A DNA stretch of 64,000 nucleotides from Opitutus sp. GAS368 (GTDB lineage Bacteria > Verrucomicrobiota > Verrucomicrobiia > Opitutales > Opitutaceae): the NCBI GenBank assembly GCA_945861645.1, contig CAMAVZ010000006.1:1-64000 (forward strand). The letters are read 5' to 3'. The notes under the pieces are model-generated. The model made no database searches. It saw nothing but the letters and a program-made list of their open reading frames with translations, and was not told the origin of the DNA. Both the position numbers and the translations under genes were made by a program. The first letter of the stretch is position 1. Each line of letters begins with the position of its first letter. Shown here one piece after another: positions 1-10,017 of this stretch.

Positions 1-146
1 CCATCCTCAGTGCCGCCGCCATGAACTTCCAGAAGCTCCAGGGCTTCTTTTGGCACTTTTGCTTACGCCTGATCGCGTCGCTCTTCTCCCCGCTCCCGCG
101 CTCCTCTGTTGCGCTCGCGGCGTAAACAGGCTTTTTCAGGACCGAC
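1..146 (+). mobile_element. Right end of IS5-family insertion sequence; terminal inverted repeat ~128-146
   Basis: GGCTTTTTCAGGACCGAC followed by TA resembles IS5-subgroup (IS1478-like) right ends; the left end is outside the window, so IR pairing cannot be confirmed. Confidence 0.6.
3..125 (+). CDS. 3' end of IS5-family transposase (truncated by window edge)
   Basis: Frame 3 reads ILSAAAMNFQKLQGFFWHFCLRL...ALAA*, matching the typical IS5-subgroup C-terminal '(N)AILSAAxMNFxKL' motif; followed directly by an IR-like sequence. Confidence 0.7.
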   Translation: MLSAAAMNFQKLQGFFWHFCLRLIASLFSPLPRSSVALAA

Positions 147-565
147 TAATTATTGGGAATATACCCCGTCGGCTTAGGCTCGAGATATTGCCGGGCAAAC
201 GTGGGCGCATATTGCAGAAAACCGAGCAGCCCTAGAATGCAGAGATTGGCCCGATAGACACCGCCCAGCAACGCGCCCAATAAACCTGCGGCCTCGGCTA
301 AAGCTAACCCCACGATAAACCACGGGAGCGCTGCTTTAAGATGCGGGCAACGCGGCAAGAGCAGCCAACGAATAATAATACTCAAAAATAAAGGCCCCAA
401 TCCAATCAGGCCAATGAGGGGATGGCTTCTCGCTGAACCGGCTAAGCTAGGGGCTGAGCCCAAAGTAAAATAAATCATCATCAAGCTCAACCCAACGACA
501 CCCCAAGCCAGCCACCAGAATTTTAATTGCGCACGCGCGCGTTGCGCTTCGGGACCAATCATCAT
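146..565 (-). CDS. Hypothetical membrane protein (~4 TM)
   Basis: Hydrophobic ORF; start moved to ATG 565, just downstream of the preceding ALDH stop codon (567-569). Confidence 0.7.
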   Translation of the reverse strand: MMIGPEAQRARAQLKFWWLAWGVVGLSLMMIYFTLGSAPSLAGSARSHPLIGLIGLGPLFLSIIIRWLLLPRCPHLKAALPWFIVGLALAEAAGLLGALLGGVYRANLCILGLLGFLQYAPTFARQYLEPKPTGYIPNN

Positions 566-566
566 T

Positions 567-1433
567 TTAGGCTCCGATCGGGTGCCAGACCGTCTTGAAC
601 TCAAGATACGCCCTCAAGGCGTCGACGTTTTGCTGTTCACTGGAAAACCAATTAATGGGCGCCTCCGCCGCAAAAAGCTTCACCCGCTTAACGCTCTCCG
701 CCGCGCCGAGCTTGAGCGCGGTTTGCTCAGCCTTATTCGCGACGCCGCCGAGGGCGCGGAAATGCGCATGCGTGGCAAAAGTCGGGATGAGCTCCGCGCG
801 TAACCCGGTTAATAAATTAACCACCCCGCTGGGCAAATCACTCGTGGCGAGCATTTCGCCCAAAATAATCGCCGGATAGGGCTGCGCAGACGAAGCGAGC
901 GCGACCACGGTGTTGCCGCTCGTGATGGCGGGAGCTAATAGAGAAATAAGGGCGAGCAACGGCGCTTCTGGGGGGGCCAGCAATCCAATGATCCCCATGG
1001 GCTCGGAAACCGTAAAATTAAAATAGGGGGCAGCCACGGGATTCACACTGCCGAGGACTTGTTCATATTTATCCGCCCAACCGGCGTAATAGATCAACCG
1101 ATCAATGGTCGCGCTAACTTCCTTCGTCGCCGCCGCGGCCGAGGCGCCGCCCAGTCGCAACGCGGCCGCCAACTCCGTCCGGCGGGCCTCCACCATTTCG
1201 CCTAAACGATAAATAATCTGGCCGCGATTATAGGCGGTGCGCTTCGCCCAGCCAGGCCCGGCTTTAGCTGCGGCCTCCACGGCATTACGCAAATCTTTGC
1301 GCGAACACTGGGGAATGTTTGCCACAAAATTACCGGCGGCATCCGTCAGCGGAAAAGTGCGCGCACTCTCGGAGCGAATAAACGCCCCACCCACGTAAAC
1401 TTTCGGGGTTTTGGTGATCGGAAGACGAGTCAT
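567..1433 (-). CDS. Short aldehyde dehydrogenase-family protein (NAD-binding domain only; deoC-associated)
   Basis: KTPKVYVGGAFIRSES, YYAGWADKY, LPSGVVNLLTG, EFKTVWHPIGA; lacks the catalytic-Cys region. Confidence 0.85.
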   Translation of the reverse strand: MTRLPITKTPKVYVGGAFIRSESARTFPLTDAAGNFVANIPQCSRKDLRNAVEAAAKAGPGWAKRTAYNRGQIIYRLGEMVEARRTELAAALRLGGASAAAATKEVSATIDRLIYYAGWADKYEQVLGSVNPVAAPYFNFTVSEPMGIIGLLAPPEAPLLALISLLAPAITSGNTVVALASSAQPYPAIILGEMLATSDLPSGVVNLLTGLRAELIPTFATHAHFRALGGVANKAEQTALKLGAAESVKRVKLFAAEAPINWFSSEQQNVDALRAYLEFKTVWHPIGA

Positions 1434-1476
1434 GTTGCGGGCAGGGGGTTAAGATCATTACGCTGAAAGCATATTT

Positions 1477-2838
1477 TTAGCTCAGCATGGCGGCGGCGGT
1501 CGTCTCCCCTTGGAGATAGCTTTTCTCCTGATAGCGCCGCGCCACAAAAATAAAAATGCCGACACAGCCGATCGCGAGCGCGGCATAAAAATTATAATAA
1601 GCCGCGCCCTGCAATTTCACGGTGCCATCGGGATTCGCGATAAAATAGTGCACGAGGGCGGTAAAAGCATTGCCGGCGGAAACCGACAACAAATAACAGG
1701 CCATGACAATAGATTTCATGTGCGCGGGGGCTTGGGTGTAAGCAAATTCAAGCGCCGTAATTGAGACCATGACCTCACCCGCTGAAAGCAAGGCATAGGC
1801 CGGTAATTGCCAGCCAATGCTGGGCGTGAGGCCCGCCGCAATTTTTGTCTCAATCCACGCACTGACCATAAATGAAAAGCCCGTTACGACGAGCCCAAGG
1901 CCAATCTTCCGCAGCGGCGTTAAAGGAAAAATCCGATTGATCGCGGGGTAGATCAAAAACTGAAAGAGTGGGATAAAGGCCAAAATCATGATCGCGTTCA
2001 CCGCCTGAATTTGGGACGCGAGCCAGGTAATCCCTAAGAAATGCAGATCCATTTTCTGCGCCTGCAATACCCATTCCCCGCCGCTTTGATCCCAGAGTGA
2101 CCAAAAAATGGCGACAAAAGCAAAGAGCCCCGCCAGCCGGCTGATCGCGGCGTAGCCCGCGCGGTTAAAGGTGTCGCGCAGAAAAGTTTTCCCGCCAGGG
2201 GGAATGTGGGCAAATTTGTGGCGCCCTTGCCAAAAAACAAAGGCGGCCAAGAGCATCAAACCCGCGGGCACCCCGAAAGCTAAGCCCGGGCCGTAGTGCG
2301 CGAGCAACCAAGGGATGAGCAAGATGGAAAAAAAAGAGCCGAAATTCACCGAGAAATAAAACCAACTGAAAGCCCGCGAAAGGAGTCGTTGATTAGCCGG
2401 CCCAAATTGGTCGCCGACATGCGAGGATACACACGGCTTAATGCCGCCAGAACCCAAGGCAATCAGGCCTAAACCTAAGCCAAGCCCGAGACGGGTGTGA
2501 TCGAAAGCGAGCACCAGACTCCCCGCACAATAAATCAGCGATACCCAAAAGATTGTCCGATATTTCCCCCAGAAAGCATCGGCCAGAATTGCGCCCAGCA
2601 TGGGGAAAAAATAATTAGAAGCGACAAACCAGTGATACCACTGGTTGGCCTCGTTCTCACTCATGACATCGCGCCCGCCCGCTCGGTTCACGAGATATTG
2701 CGTCATGAACACCGTAAGCACGGCGCGCATCCCGTAAAAATTAAACCGCTCCGCCGCTTCATTCCCGATAATGTAAGGAATGCCTGGCGGCATCTGGTCG
2801 GTCTTGAGCGGTGCGGTTAGATAGGGTTGCGTAGCCAT
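1477..2838 (-). CDS. POT/PTR2-family proton-dependent oligopeptide transporter
   Basis: ExxERFxFYG motif (NEAAERFNFYG), GSGGIKPCVSSHVGDQF, multiple TM segments. Confidence 0.92.
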   Translation of the reverse strand: MATQPYLTAPLKTDQMPPGIPYIIGNEAAERFNFYGMRAVLTVFMTQYLVNRAGGRDVMSENEANQWYHWFVASNYFFPMLGAILADAFWGKYRTIFWVSLIYCAGSLVLAFDHTRLGLGLGLGLIALGSGGIKPCVSSHVGDQFGPANQRLLSRAFSWFYFSVNFGSFFSILLIPWLLAHYGPGLAFGVPAGLMLLAAFVFWQGRHKFAHIPPGGKTFLRDTFNRAGYAAISRLAGLFAFVAIFWSLWDQSGGEWVLQAQKMDLHFLGITWLASQIQAVNAIMILAFIPLFQFLIYPAINRIFPLTPLRKIGLGLVVTGFSFMVSAWIETKIAAGLTPSIGWQLPAYALLSAGEVMVSITALEFAYTQAPAHMKSIVMACYLLSVSAGNAFTALVHYFIANPDGTVKLQGAAYYNFYAALAIGCVGIFIFVARRYQEKSYLQGETTAAAMLS

Positions 2839-2860
2839 CGAGAAAACGAAGCGTTAATTT

Positions 2861-4369
2861 TTAGTCCAACTTGCAATAATCAAGGAGCCCTTGGCGGCCA
2901 CCTTCGCGACCGAAACCAGATTCCTTATAGCCCCCAAAGGGCGAGGCCGGATCAAATTTATTGTAAGTGTTGGCCCAAACCACCCCCGCCTTAAGCTCAG
3001 CGGCTAACTTTAAAATGCGCGCGCCCTTGTCGGTCCAAACCCCAGCACTCAAACCGTACGCGGTGTTGTTCGCCTTCTCAATCGCTTCATCTAGCGTGCG
3101 AAATGTCAGCACGCTGAGAACCGGCCCAAAGATTTCCTCGCGCGCGATGCGATGGCTCATCGAGACGCCAGAAAAAATTGTCGGGCGGAAATAATAGCCT
3201 TTCGCCGGCAACGCGCAATCCGGCTGGTACAGGGTAGCCCCTTCCTTCACGCCGACGGCCACCAAGCGCTTGATCGTCGCGAGCTGAGCCGGCGAGTTAA
3301 TCGCCCCGATATCGGTGTTCTTGTCGAGGGGATCGCCCAGGCGCAGAACACTGATGCGCTGCTTCAGTTTGGCGAGCACCGTGGCGGCGATCGGCTCGTG
3401 CACCAATAGACGCGAGCCCGCACAGCACACATGGCCCTGATTGAAAAAGATGCCGTTGATGATTCCCTCCACCGCTTGATCGAGCGGCGCATCGTCAAAG
3501 ATGATATTCGCCGCCTTGCCGCCCAGCTCCATCGTCATTTTTTTATCCGTCCCAGCCAGCGAGCGCATGATGATCTTGCCGACCTCGGTGGAGCCGGTGA
3601 AGGCTACCTTGGCCGCCAGCGGATGCCCCATGACCGCCGCACCGGTGTCAGCAAAGCCGGTGACGATATTGACCACCCCAGCCGGTAAGCCCGCGTCTTG
3701 GAAAATCTCCGCAAGCTTCAAGGCCGTGATACTGGTGGTCTCCGCCGGCTTGATTACGACGCAGTTGCCCATCGCGAGCGCCGGGGCAATTTTCCAGGCC
3801 AACATCAGCAGAGGAAAATTCCAGGGAATAACTTGGCCCACCACCCCGAGGGGAGCGACCCGGCGGCCGGGCGCCACATACTCGAGCTTGTCCGCCCAAC
3901 CGGCGTGATAGAAAAAATGGGCGGCGGCCATCGGGACATCAAAATCACGCGACTCTTTAATGGGTTTCCCCCCGTCCATCGTTTCCGCCACCGCAAATTC
4001 GCGCGCCCGATCCTGGAGCAACCGGGCAATCCGAAAGAGATATTTAGCGCGTTCCCGACCAGGTAGCCGGCTCCAAGTTTGGTCGTAGGCTTTTTTTGCC
4101 GCGCGATAAGCGGCGGCTACATCGGCGGCATTCGCGTGCGCAAGCTCAGCGAGCTTTTGCTCATTCGCCGGATTGATGGAGTCGAAATATTTACCCGACG
4201 CCGGGGCTACAAATTTACCGCCAATAAAAAGTTCATAGCGCGATTTCAGCTTGGGATCAGCGGTCTCGGGAGCGGGATCATAATTCCAGAGGTCACCAAA
4301 AATGAGCGCCGGCGCGGCCGGCCGACGAAGGGTAGGGGCGGAACGTTTTTTATTAAGCAAAGTTGGCAT
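2861..4369 (-). CDS. Aldehyde dehydrogenase (full length)
   Basis: PWNFP, FTGSTEVG, MELGGK, FNQGHVCCAGSR, EEIFGPV, PFGGYKESG motifs. Confidence 0.95.
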   Translation of the reverse strand: MPTLLNKKRSAPTLRRPAAPALIFGDLWNYDPAPETADPKLKSRYELFIGGKFVAPASGKYFDSINPANEQKLAELAHANAADVAAAYRAAKKAYDQTWSRLPGRERAKYLFRIARLLQDRAREFAVAETMDGGKPIKESRDFDVPMAAAHFFYHAGWADKLEYVAPGRRVAPLGVVGQVIPWNFPLLMLAWKIAPALAMGNCVVIKPAETTSITALKLAEIFQDAGLPAGVVNIVTGFADTGAAVMGHPLAAKVAFTGSTEVGKIIMRSLAGTDKKMTMELGGKAANIIFDDAPLDQAVEGIINGIFFNQGHVCCAGSRLLVHEPIAATVLAKLKQRISVLRLGDPLDKNTDIGAINSPAQLATIKRLVAVGVKEGATLYQPDCALPAKGYYFRPTIFSGVSMSHRIAREEIFGPVLSVLTFRTLDEAIEKANNTAYGLSAGVWTDKGARILKLAAELKAGVVWANTYNKFDPASPFGGYKESGFGREGGRQGLLDYCKLD

Positions 4370-4418
4370 GATTTTTAATCACGATTGGCCGTAGGATGGA
4401 ATTATCGTTGGCAAAAAA

Positions 4419-5357
4419 TTAATAACTTTCTGTCGCTTCGCTAAAATAATACGGCGCAGGGTAAGCGCCGGTTTTTTCTTTTTCGAGCTGACGCAGCAAA
4501 TCGTTAAGGAGCGCCGATGCTCCAAAGCGATAACGCGTATTATTCAGCCAAGCATCGCCGAGCGTCTCTTTCACGGCGACCAAGAAAGTGAGCGCCTGCT
4601 TCGCGGTGCGAATCCCGCCCGCAGGCTTCAGCGCAATAGGCACGCCCGTCTCGAGATAATAATCGCGAATCGCTTCCAGCATGACCTGGTTATTGCCCAA
4701 GGTCGCATTGAGGGTAGTTTTACCCGTACTGGTTTTAATAAAATCTCCCGGCCGCAACACGCGCATGGCTAAAAATGAGGCCGCCCGAATGTTGTCGTAA
4801 GTCTCCAGCTCACTCACTTCGAGAATAACCTTGAGCGTCGCGGCGCCGCACGTGGCGCGAACCGCGGCAATCTCATCTTGGACCAAGGAAAATTCCCCCG
4901 CGAGAAAAGCCCCGCGGTTAATCACCATATCGATCTCATCGGCTCCTTCCGCCACCGCCCATTTTACCTCCGCTAAACGAGTTTTAAGGGCGGTCTGCCC
5001 AGAAGGGAAAGCCGTGGCGACCGAGGCAATGCGCACCGCTGAGTGCGACCCCAGCGCGCGCCGCGCGTGGCGCACCATCGCCGGATAAACACAGACCGCG
5101 GCGACAGCGAGAGTGCCGAGATCGTCGTGGGGTTGGCGGGCCTTCTGACAGAGAGCCTCAACTTTACGGCGGGTATCTTTGCCTTCGAGCGTGGTGAGAT
5201 CGATCATGGAGACCGCCAGCTTCAGTCCAAAACGCTTGGCGTTCTTCTTGAGACTCCGCGTGCCGTATTTGGCGACCCGTTCCTCGAGGCCAACATAATC
5301 CACTGGGCCGACGTCATTAAACAATCGACGAACGGCAATCTGAACAGGGGCGGCCAT
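4419..5357 (-). CDS. deoC: Deoxyribose-phosphate aldolase (long type)
   Basis: IDLTTLEG, GADEIDMVI, FIKTSTGK, KPAGGIR, RFGASALL. Confidence 0.95.
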   Translation of the reverse strand: MAAPVQIAVRRLFNDVGPVDYVGLEERVAKYGTRSLKKNAKRFGLKLAVSMIDLTTLEGKDTRRKVEALCQKARQPHDDLGTLAVAAVCVYPAMVRHARRALGSHSAVRIASVATAFPSGQTALKTRLAEVKWAVAEGADEIDMVINRGAFLAGEFSLVQDEIAAVRATCGAATLKVILEVSELETYDNIRAASFLAMRVLRPGDFIKTSTGKTTLNATLGNNQVMLEAIRDYYLETGVPIALKPAGGIRTAKQALTFLVAVKETLGDAWLNNTRYRFGASALLNDLLRQLEKEKTGAYPAPYYFSEATESY

Positions 5358-5505
5358 ATTTTACGCACTATCCCGCTCCTCTCCTCTGAAAACAACGCCA
5401 AAACTCACCACCCCGCTAGCGGCTGGCTTTTGCCCCGACGCGGCGGCCCTCCCGCTAGCGCCAGCGTACTTGCCAGTCGGTCAACGGTAAGCCTAGGCTC
5501 ACATC

Positions 5506-5904
5506 ATGAGCGAATCTCTTTCCCCCACCGCGCCGCACGGCGAACTCGTTATCCGCACGATCGCTATGCCGGCTGACACGAATGCGAGCGGGGATATTTT
5601 TGGTGGCTGGTTGATGTCCCAAATGGATTTAGGGGCGGCGATCTATGCGCAGAACCTCGCCCGCAGTCGCGTTACGACCGTCGCGGTGGATGGGATGGCT
5701 TTTCTTCACCCAGTTAATGTCGGCGACATTGTCAACTGTCACGCCTCGCTCCTAAAAACTGGCCGGACGTCGATGCAAATTGCGGTCGAAGCTTGGGTCC
5801 AACGCGGCCGTGATGGGCGATTACTGCGTGTCACCAAAGGAATATTTACTTATGTCGCGATCGACGATCACGGCCGCCCCCAGCCCGTGCAGCGCCCAGC
5901 CTAA
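5506..5904 (+). CDS. Acyl-CoA thioesterase (YciA-like hotdog fold)
   Basis: AMPADTNASGDIFGGWLMSQMDLG motif. Confidence 0.9.
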   Translation: MSESLSPTAPHGELVIRTIAMPADTNASGDIFGGWLMSQMDLGAAIYAQNLARSRVTTVAVDGMAFLHPVNVGDIVNCHASLLKTGRTSMQIAVEAWVQRGRDGRLLRVTKGIFTYVAIDDHGRPQPVQRPA

Positions 5905-5961
5905 AACTGCGCGGATCATAAATCGCTGAAATTCTCCCGGGGTTTGCCGAGTTTCTCTTTT

Positions 5962-6864
5962 ATGTCCTCGCCTACTCGCGCCGCGCGCGGCGCCCTTGCC
6001 GCCACCGCTAGTTTTCTTTTTTGGGGCCTCGTCCCGCTTTATTGGAAACAGATGAGTTCAATCGCCTCGATCGAACTTATCATGCATCGCATTGTTTGGT
6101 CGTTACTCTTTTTAATGGGTATCCTTGCTTGGCAAAATAATTTGCAAACTCTGCGCGCGGCCTTCGCCTACCCGCGTCTCATTGGCCTTAATTTACTCAG
6201 CAGCTTGTTGCTCGCGGCTAATTGGACCGTGTATATCTGGGCCGTAAATCATGGGCAGGTCATTGAATCTAGTCTCGGCTATTTTCTCGTACCGCTCGTC
6301 AATGTAGCCCTCGGTTCACTGCTTCTGCGCGAGCGCTTACGCGCCTTACAATGGCTCGCGATCAGTCTGGCGGCCGCCGGGGTGATCACCCTCCTCGCCC
6401 GCTTAGGTCATGTCCCTTGGATCGCGCTCGCGATCGCTGCCACTTGGTCCGGCTATGGATTGCTGAAGAAAAAATCTGCGCTCGGCGCGATTCCGGGACT
6501 AACCGCCGAGACGCTCATACTGCTTCCGCTTGCGCTTGGCTTGCTGGGCTGGTGGCACCACACGGGTACGGGCGCCCTCGGCCGCGTAGATTGGTGGCAG
6601 CACAGCTTAATTCTGAGCGTGGGGGTAGTGACAGCCATTCCGCTTCTCTTATTTGCGTACGGCGCCCAGCGCATCCCCTTAACCACGCTTGGGCTACTGC
6701 AATATCTGGCGCCCAGCGTACAATTTTTGCTCGGCTATTTTCTTTATCATGAGCCCTTCGATTTAGTCCACCTGCAAGCTTACGCGTGCATCTGGACCGG
6801 GCTCCTCCTTTATACAGGCGATGGCTTCTGGGCTCAGCGCCATCATCTCCGCGCGAGCACCTAA
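5962..6864 (+). CDS. rarD: EamA-family transporter RarD
   Basis: ESSLGYFLVPLVNV, GLLQYLAPS motifs; ~10 TM. Confidence 0.9.
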   Translation: MSSPTRAARGALAATASFLFWGLVPLYWKQMSSIASIELIMHRIVWSLLFLMGILAWQNNLQTLRAAFAYPRLIGLNLLSSLLLAANWTVYIWAVNHGQVIESSLGYFLVPLVNVALGSLLLRERLRALQWLAISLAAAGVITLLARLGHVPWIALAIAATWSGYGLLKKKSALGAIPGLTAETLILLPLALGLLGWWHHTGTGALGRVDWWQHSLILSVGVVTAIPLLLFAYGAQRIPLTTLGLLQYLAPSVQFLLGYFLYHEPFDLVHLQAYACIWTGLLLYTGDGFWAQRHHLRAST

Positions 6865-6880
6865 GCTCGCTTCACCGGCC

Positions 6881-7366
6881 TTACTCTTGCGAAAAATCGA
6901 CGAGCTCCATTTCGAAAATCAGCGTCGCACTGCGAGGAATAGTTGGCGGTTTACCCCGAATACCATAAGCCATCTCAGGCGGCACAATTAGCAGCCACTT
7001 ATCTCCCCGCCGCATTTTCTGCACGGCCTCATCCCAGCCTTCAATTAACTCACTGCGCCCAATCCGGGCTTCCAAGGGGTGTGCGGCATCGGGCGATTGA
7101 TCGAAAACCGTGCCGTTTAACAGCATCCCCTTGTAGAGAACCTTAACCAGTGAACCCGCCTTTGGCGTGGGCCCATCGGGCTGACCCGCTTTTAGCACAA
7201 CGAAGCGCAGTCCCGTATAAGTCCGTTTGGCGTCGGGCCATTTTTGCTCAACGAATTCCACATCTTCCGGCGGTAATTTTTCCCGCTGTGCGTGGAGCGG
7301 CCCAGCGCTCAGTAAAAATCCGACCCAGACGAGAAAAACAAATCGGCGAATTACAGTATTATTCAT
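6881..7366 (-). CDS. FKBP-type peptidyl-prolyl isomerase, exported
   Basis: Signal peptide; YKGMLLNGTVFDQS, LIEGWDEAV, VPPEMAYG, TLIFEMELV. Confidence 0.92.
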   Translation of the reverse strand: MNNTVIRRFVFLVWVGFLLSAGPLHAQREKLPPEDVEFVEQKWPDAKRTYTGLRFVVLKAGQPDGPTPKAGSLVKVLYKGMLLNGTVFDQSPDAAHPLEARIGRSELIEGWDEAVQKMRRGDKWLLIVPPEMAYGIRGKPPTIPRSATLIFEMELVDFSQE

Positions 7367-8400
7367 GGTTTTTTAACAGGAGGAGCGACGCGAAAGGTGA
7401 AGCCATCGGCCCGCGGCGTCGAGGATTGTTCGGGGGTGGGCCCGGCAGATTCAAATGTCTTTACCGTTGGGATCGCCGCCGTCGGTGCATTCATGGCCGT
7501 CGCCAAATTATTCGGCAGGCTCGAGGCTAAGGCCGTGAAACCGCGTTCAATTAACTCAATCGCTTTAAGGTCGCGCGTTTTTCCGAGATCGCGCTGCCCA
7601 TTCGGACCAAATGATCCCATGATAACCACAATTACCCGCCGGCCGTGGCGTTCAGCTGTCGCGCTTAAACAATAACCGGCACTCGCGGTGTACCCTGTTT
7701 TCAAGCCATCAACTCCCGCAATTTTCCCCAGCAGGTTATTGTGATTCTTCATGTGCTGAGGACCCTGCTTACGATTTAACCCAAAATCACGGCGCGGCAC
7801 GGATGAATATTGCAGCACATTCGTATGGAGCAGCAGATGGCGACACAGGAGCGCATAATCCCGCGGGGTGGTTAAATCGCCATCAGCTTTAAGCCGACTC
7901 GACGGCGGTAGACCGTGCGGGGTGCGAAAGGTGGTATGCGTCATGCCTAATTCTCGAGCCTTAGCATTCATGAGCTCAACGAACGCCGCGACGGAGCCAG
8001 CCGAAACCCGCGCGACCGCATGCGCCGCATCATTGGCGGATTGGATCATCAGCGCATAGAGTAATTCATCCATCGAGAAGGTCTCGCGCGCATCGAGATA
8101 AACCTGCGTCCCGCCCATTTTAGAATCCTCGTTGGTTATTTTCACCCAGGTCTCCCGCGTGATCGCCCCGCTAGCGATTTTATCGGCGACCACGGCGAAG
8201 GTCATTAATTTTGTCATGCTCGCCGGCGGGCTAACCTCATCCGGATTATCCTCCGACAACACTCGCCCCGTAGCTGCGTCGACGACGATCATCCCACGGT
8301 AGGCTGATTGGGTGGATGATGGAATTTTCCCGAAGGCACTGCTGAAGAGGCCATTCAGAAAAAGGCACGCGATGGCGAGGAGCCGATAAAACTTGGTCAT
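7363..8400 (-). CDS. D-alanyl-D-alanine carboxypeptidase (peptidase S11)
   Basis: PASMTK (SxxK), SAN (SxN), KTG triad; signal peptide. Confidence 0.92.
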   Translation of the reverse strand: MTKFYRLLAIACLFLNGLFSSAFGKIPSSTQSAYRGMIVVDAATGRVLSEDNPDEVSPPASMTKLMTFAVVADKIASGAITRETWVKITNEDSKMGGTQVYLDARETFSMDELLYALMIQSANDAAHAVARVSAGSVAAFVELMNAKARELGMTHTTFRTPHGLPPSSRLKADGDLTTPRDYALLCRHLLLHTNVLQYSSVPRRDFGLNRKQGPQHMKNHNNLLGKIAGVDGLKTGYTASAGYCLSATAERHGRRVIVVIMGSFGPNGQRDLGKTRDLKAIELIERGFTALASSLPNNLATAMNAPTAAIPTVKTFESAGPTPEQSSTPRADGFTFRVAPPVKKP

Positions 8401-8533
8401 GAAAAATGAAAGGCCAAGGGAGCGACGCCCGTGCAGCCGTGCAACTCAATTTCTAAATCTGCCGTGGCAACGATCACCCGCCTAAGACCAAGAACTATCC
8501 ACCTTGGCGAGAGCGAGGCATCGAGCCAAAGCC

Positions 8534-8565
8534 AAAAAAAGGCGGAGCCACTTGGGCTCCGCCTT
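8534..8565 (-). terminator. Intrinsic terminator of RRM gene
   Basis: GGCGGAGCC-ACTTG-GGCTCCGCC stem with A7 on + strand (U-tract on -). Confidence 0.85.
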
Positions 8566-8596
8566 GAAAGTATAGTTCGCGAAAGCGAACGATTGA

Positions 8597-8992
8597 TTAG
8601 TAGCGACCGCCGCCACCACCACCGCCGCCACCGTAGCCGCCGCCGCCGCTGCGACCACCACGACCGCCGCCGCCGAAGCCACGACGTTCGCCGCCGAAGC
8701 CACCGCGACCGCCGCCGCCGAAGCCACCAGAAGGACGCTCTTCCTTCGGCCGGGCCTCATTGACTTGGAGGGCGCGACCGCCGAGATCGACCCCATTGGT
8801 CTTCTCGATAGCCATCTTGGCCTCATCAGCTGTGCCCATGGTGACGAAGGCGAAACCGCGAGGGCGGCCCGTCATTTTGTCCATAGCGACGTAGGTGTCG
8901 GTAACCGAGCCGAACTGCTCAAAATGAGAGCGAAGTTCGCCCTCAGTGGTATTAAACGATAAATTTCCAACGTATAGTTTGGAATTGCTCAT
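8597..8992 (-). CDS. RRM-domain RNA-binding protein with Gly/Arg-rich tail
   Basis: RNP2 LYVGNL, RNP1 [11 protein letters not shown]-rich C-terminus; start set at MSNSKL. Confidence 0.93.
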   Translation of the reverse strand: MSNSKLYVGNLSFNTTEGELRSHFEQFGSVTDTYVAMDKMTGRPRGFAFVTMGTADEAKMAIEKTNGVDLGGRALQVNEARPKEERPSGGFGGGGRGGFGGERRGFGGGGRGGRSGGGGYGGGGGGGGGRY

Positions 8993-9205
8993 GTGATAAT
9001 TCGTAGATCCTTCGCCATCTGCCAGTCCGTTCCCACTGTGGGTTTCGAAATCATCACTTGAGCCAATGCTCAGCCAACGACTCACCAGATCCTGTCATCA
9101 AACGCTATCTCTAACGAGGCCGCTAAGACACTCGGCTTTGGCTATAATGCAAGCAAAATCTGGCTTTTAAAATTGTAAAAACAATCAATAGATACACTTA
9201 GGAAA

Positions 9206-9691
9206 CTACAAACCTGCGGCCGAAATCTCGTATTTTGCTCTAATATCTGCCGGTAAACGCACCGCCCGAGAGGTCTCCATCGAGACCATCACGTAGTCAA
9301 AGTAGCCGTCGCAACTGAGTTTATCGTCTAAAATGCGAATGATCTGAAATTGCACCTTAACCCCGATGAGGGTGAATTTTTCGATCCATGTTCTAACTAT
9401 GAAGCGATCTCCTAGCCCTAAAGGACGCTTAAAGTTCATCTGGGCGGTGGCCATAAACCAACCGTACCCCTGCTTCTGAAAATCAGCCATGGGCATTTTA
9501 TAGCATCGCTCCATCTGATCGAACCGCGCGGCTAACACGTAGTCCATATAGCGGCTACTGTGAACATGCTGGTACATATCAATATCATCCGGCCGCACCT
9601 GCAGCTCCGTTTCAAATTTTGCATAGGCCAACTGCGGTGCCCCAGAGGAGGAATCGGGTGGATTGGGAGCGGCGCCGTTCACGCCGATCAA
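9206..9691 (-). CDS. 4HBT/YbgC-like acyl-CoA thioesterase
   Basis: VRPDDIDMYQHVHSSRY motif; start uncertain. Confidence 0.85.
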   Translation of the reverse strand: MIGVNGAAPNPPDSSSGAPQLAYAKFETELQVRPDDIDMYQHVHSSRYMDYVLAARFDQMERCYKMPMADFQKQGYGWFMATAQMNFKRPLGLGDRFIVRTWIEKFTLIGVKVQFQIIRILDDKLSCDGYFDYVMVSMETSRAVRLPADIRAKYEISAAGL

Positions 9692-10017
9692 AATGCTCGG
9701 AGCCGCGCTACCCAGTCAAAAGAAAAGGCCCTCACGGGGGCTCAGCGCCATGAAATTAGGGCCCATGATAAGCTCCCCTCAGGCCAGAGTTGCGCCCAAA
9801 TCCTGTAAAAACCTAAGCCCCGCCTCGTTTTTGGCAGTCGCCACCTGACCCCGAGCGACGAGGGAAAGCTGCTGAGCAATAACATCTAACTGGCAGCCAC
9901 CCCTTGTGCTTCGGGATAATCTAAACACCCTTAATGAGATACCAGTAAACTCAGCTTGCGCCATCGTCTCTAGATAGTTTTTCTCCCGCTTCAATTTTTA
10001 CGCTCCCAGCTTATTTT

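Noticed and set aside
1458-1488. Mini-ORF MLSA* echoing the POT C-terminus MLS*
   Set aside because: Codons differ and the match is too short to distinguish from chance.
8597-8730. CCG/CCA-rich tandem-like repeat
   Set aside because: Explained by the Gly/Arg-rich tail of the RRM protein.
9700-10000. Possible small ORF or RNA upstream of the desaturase
   Set aside because: No family motif or convincing structure; probably a divergent promoter region.
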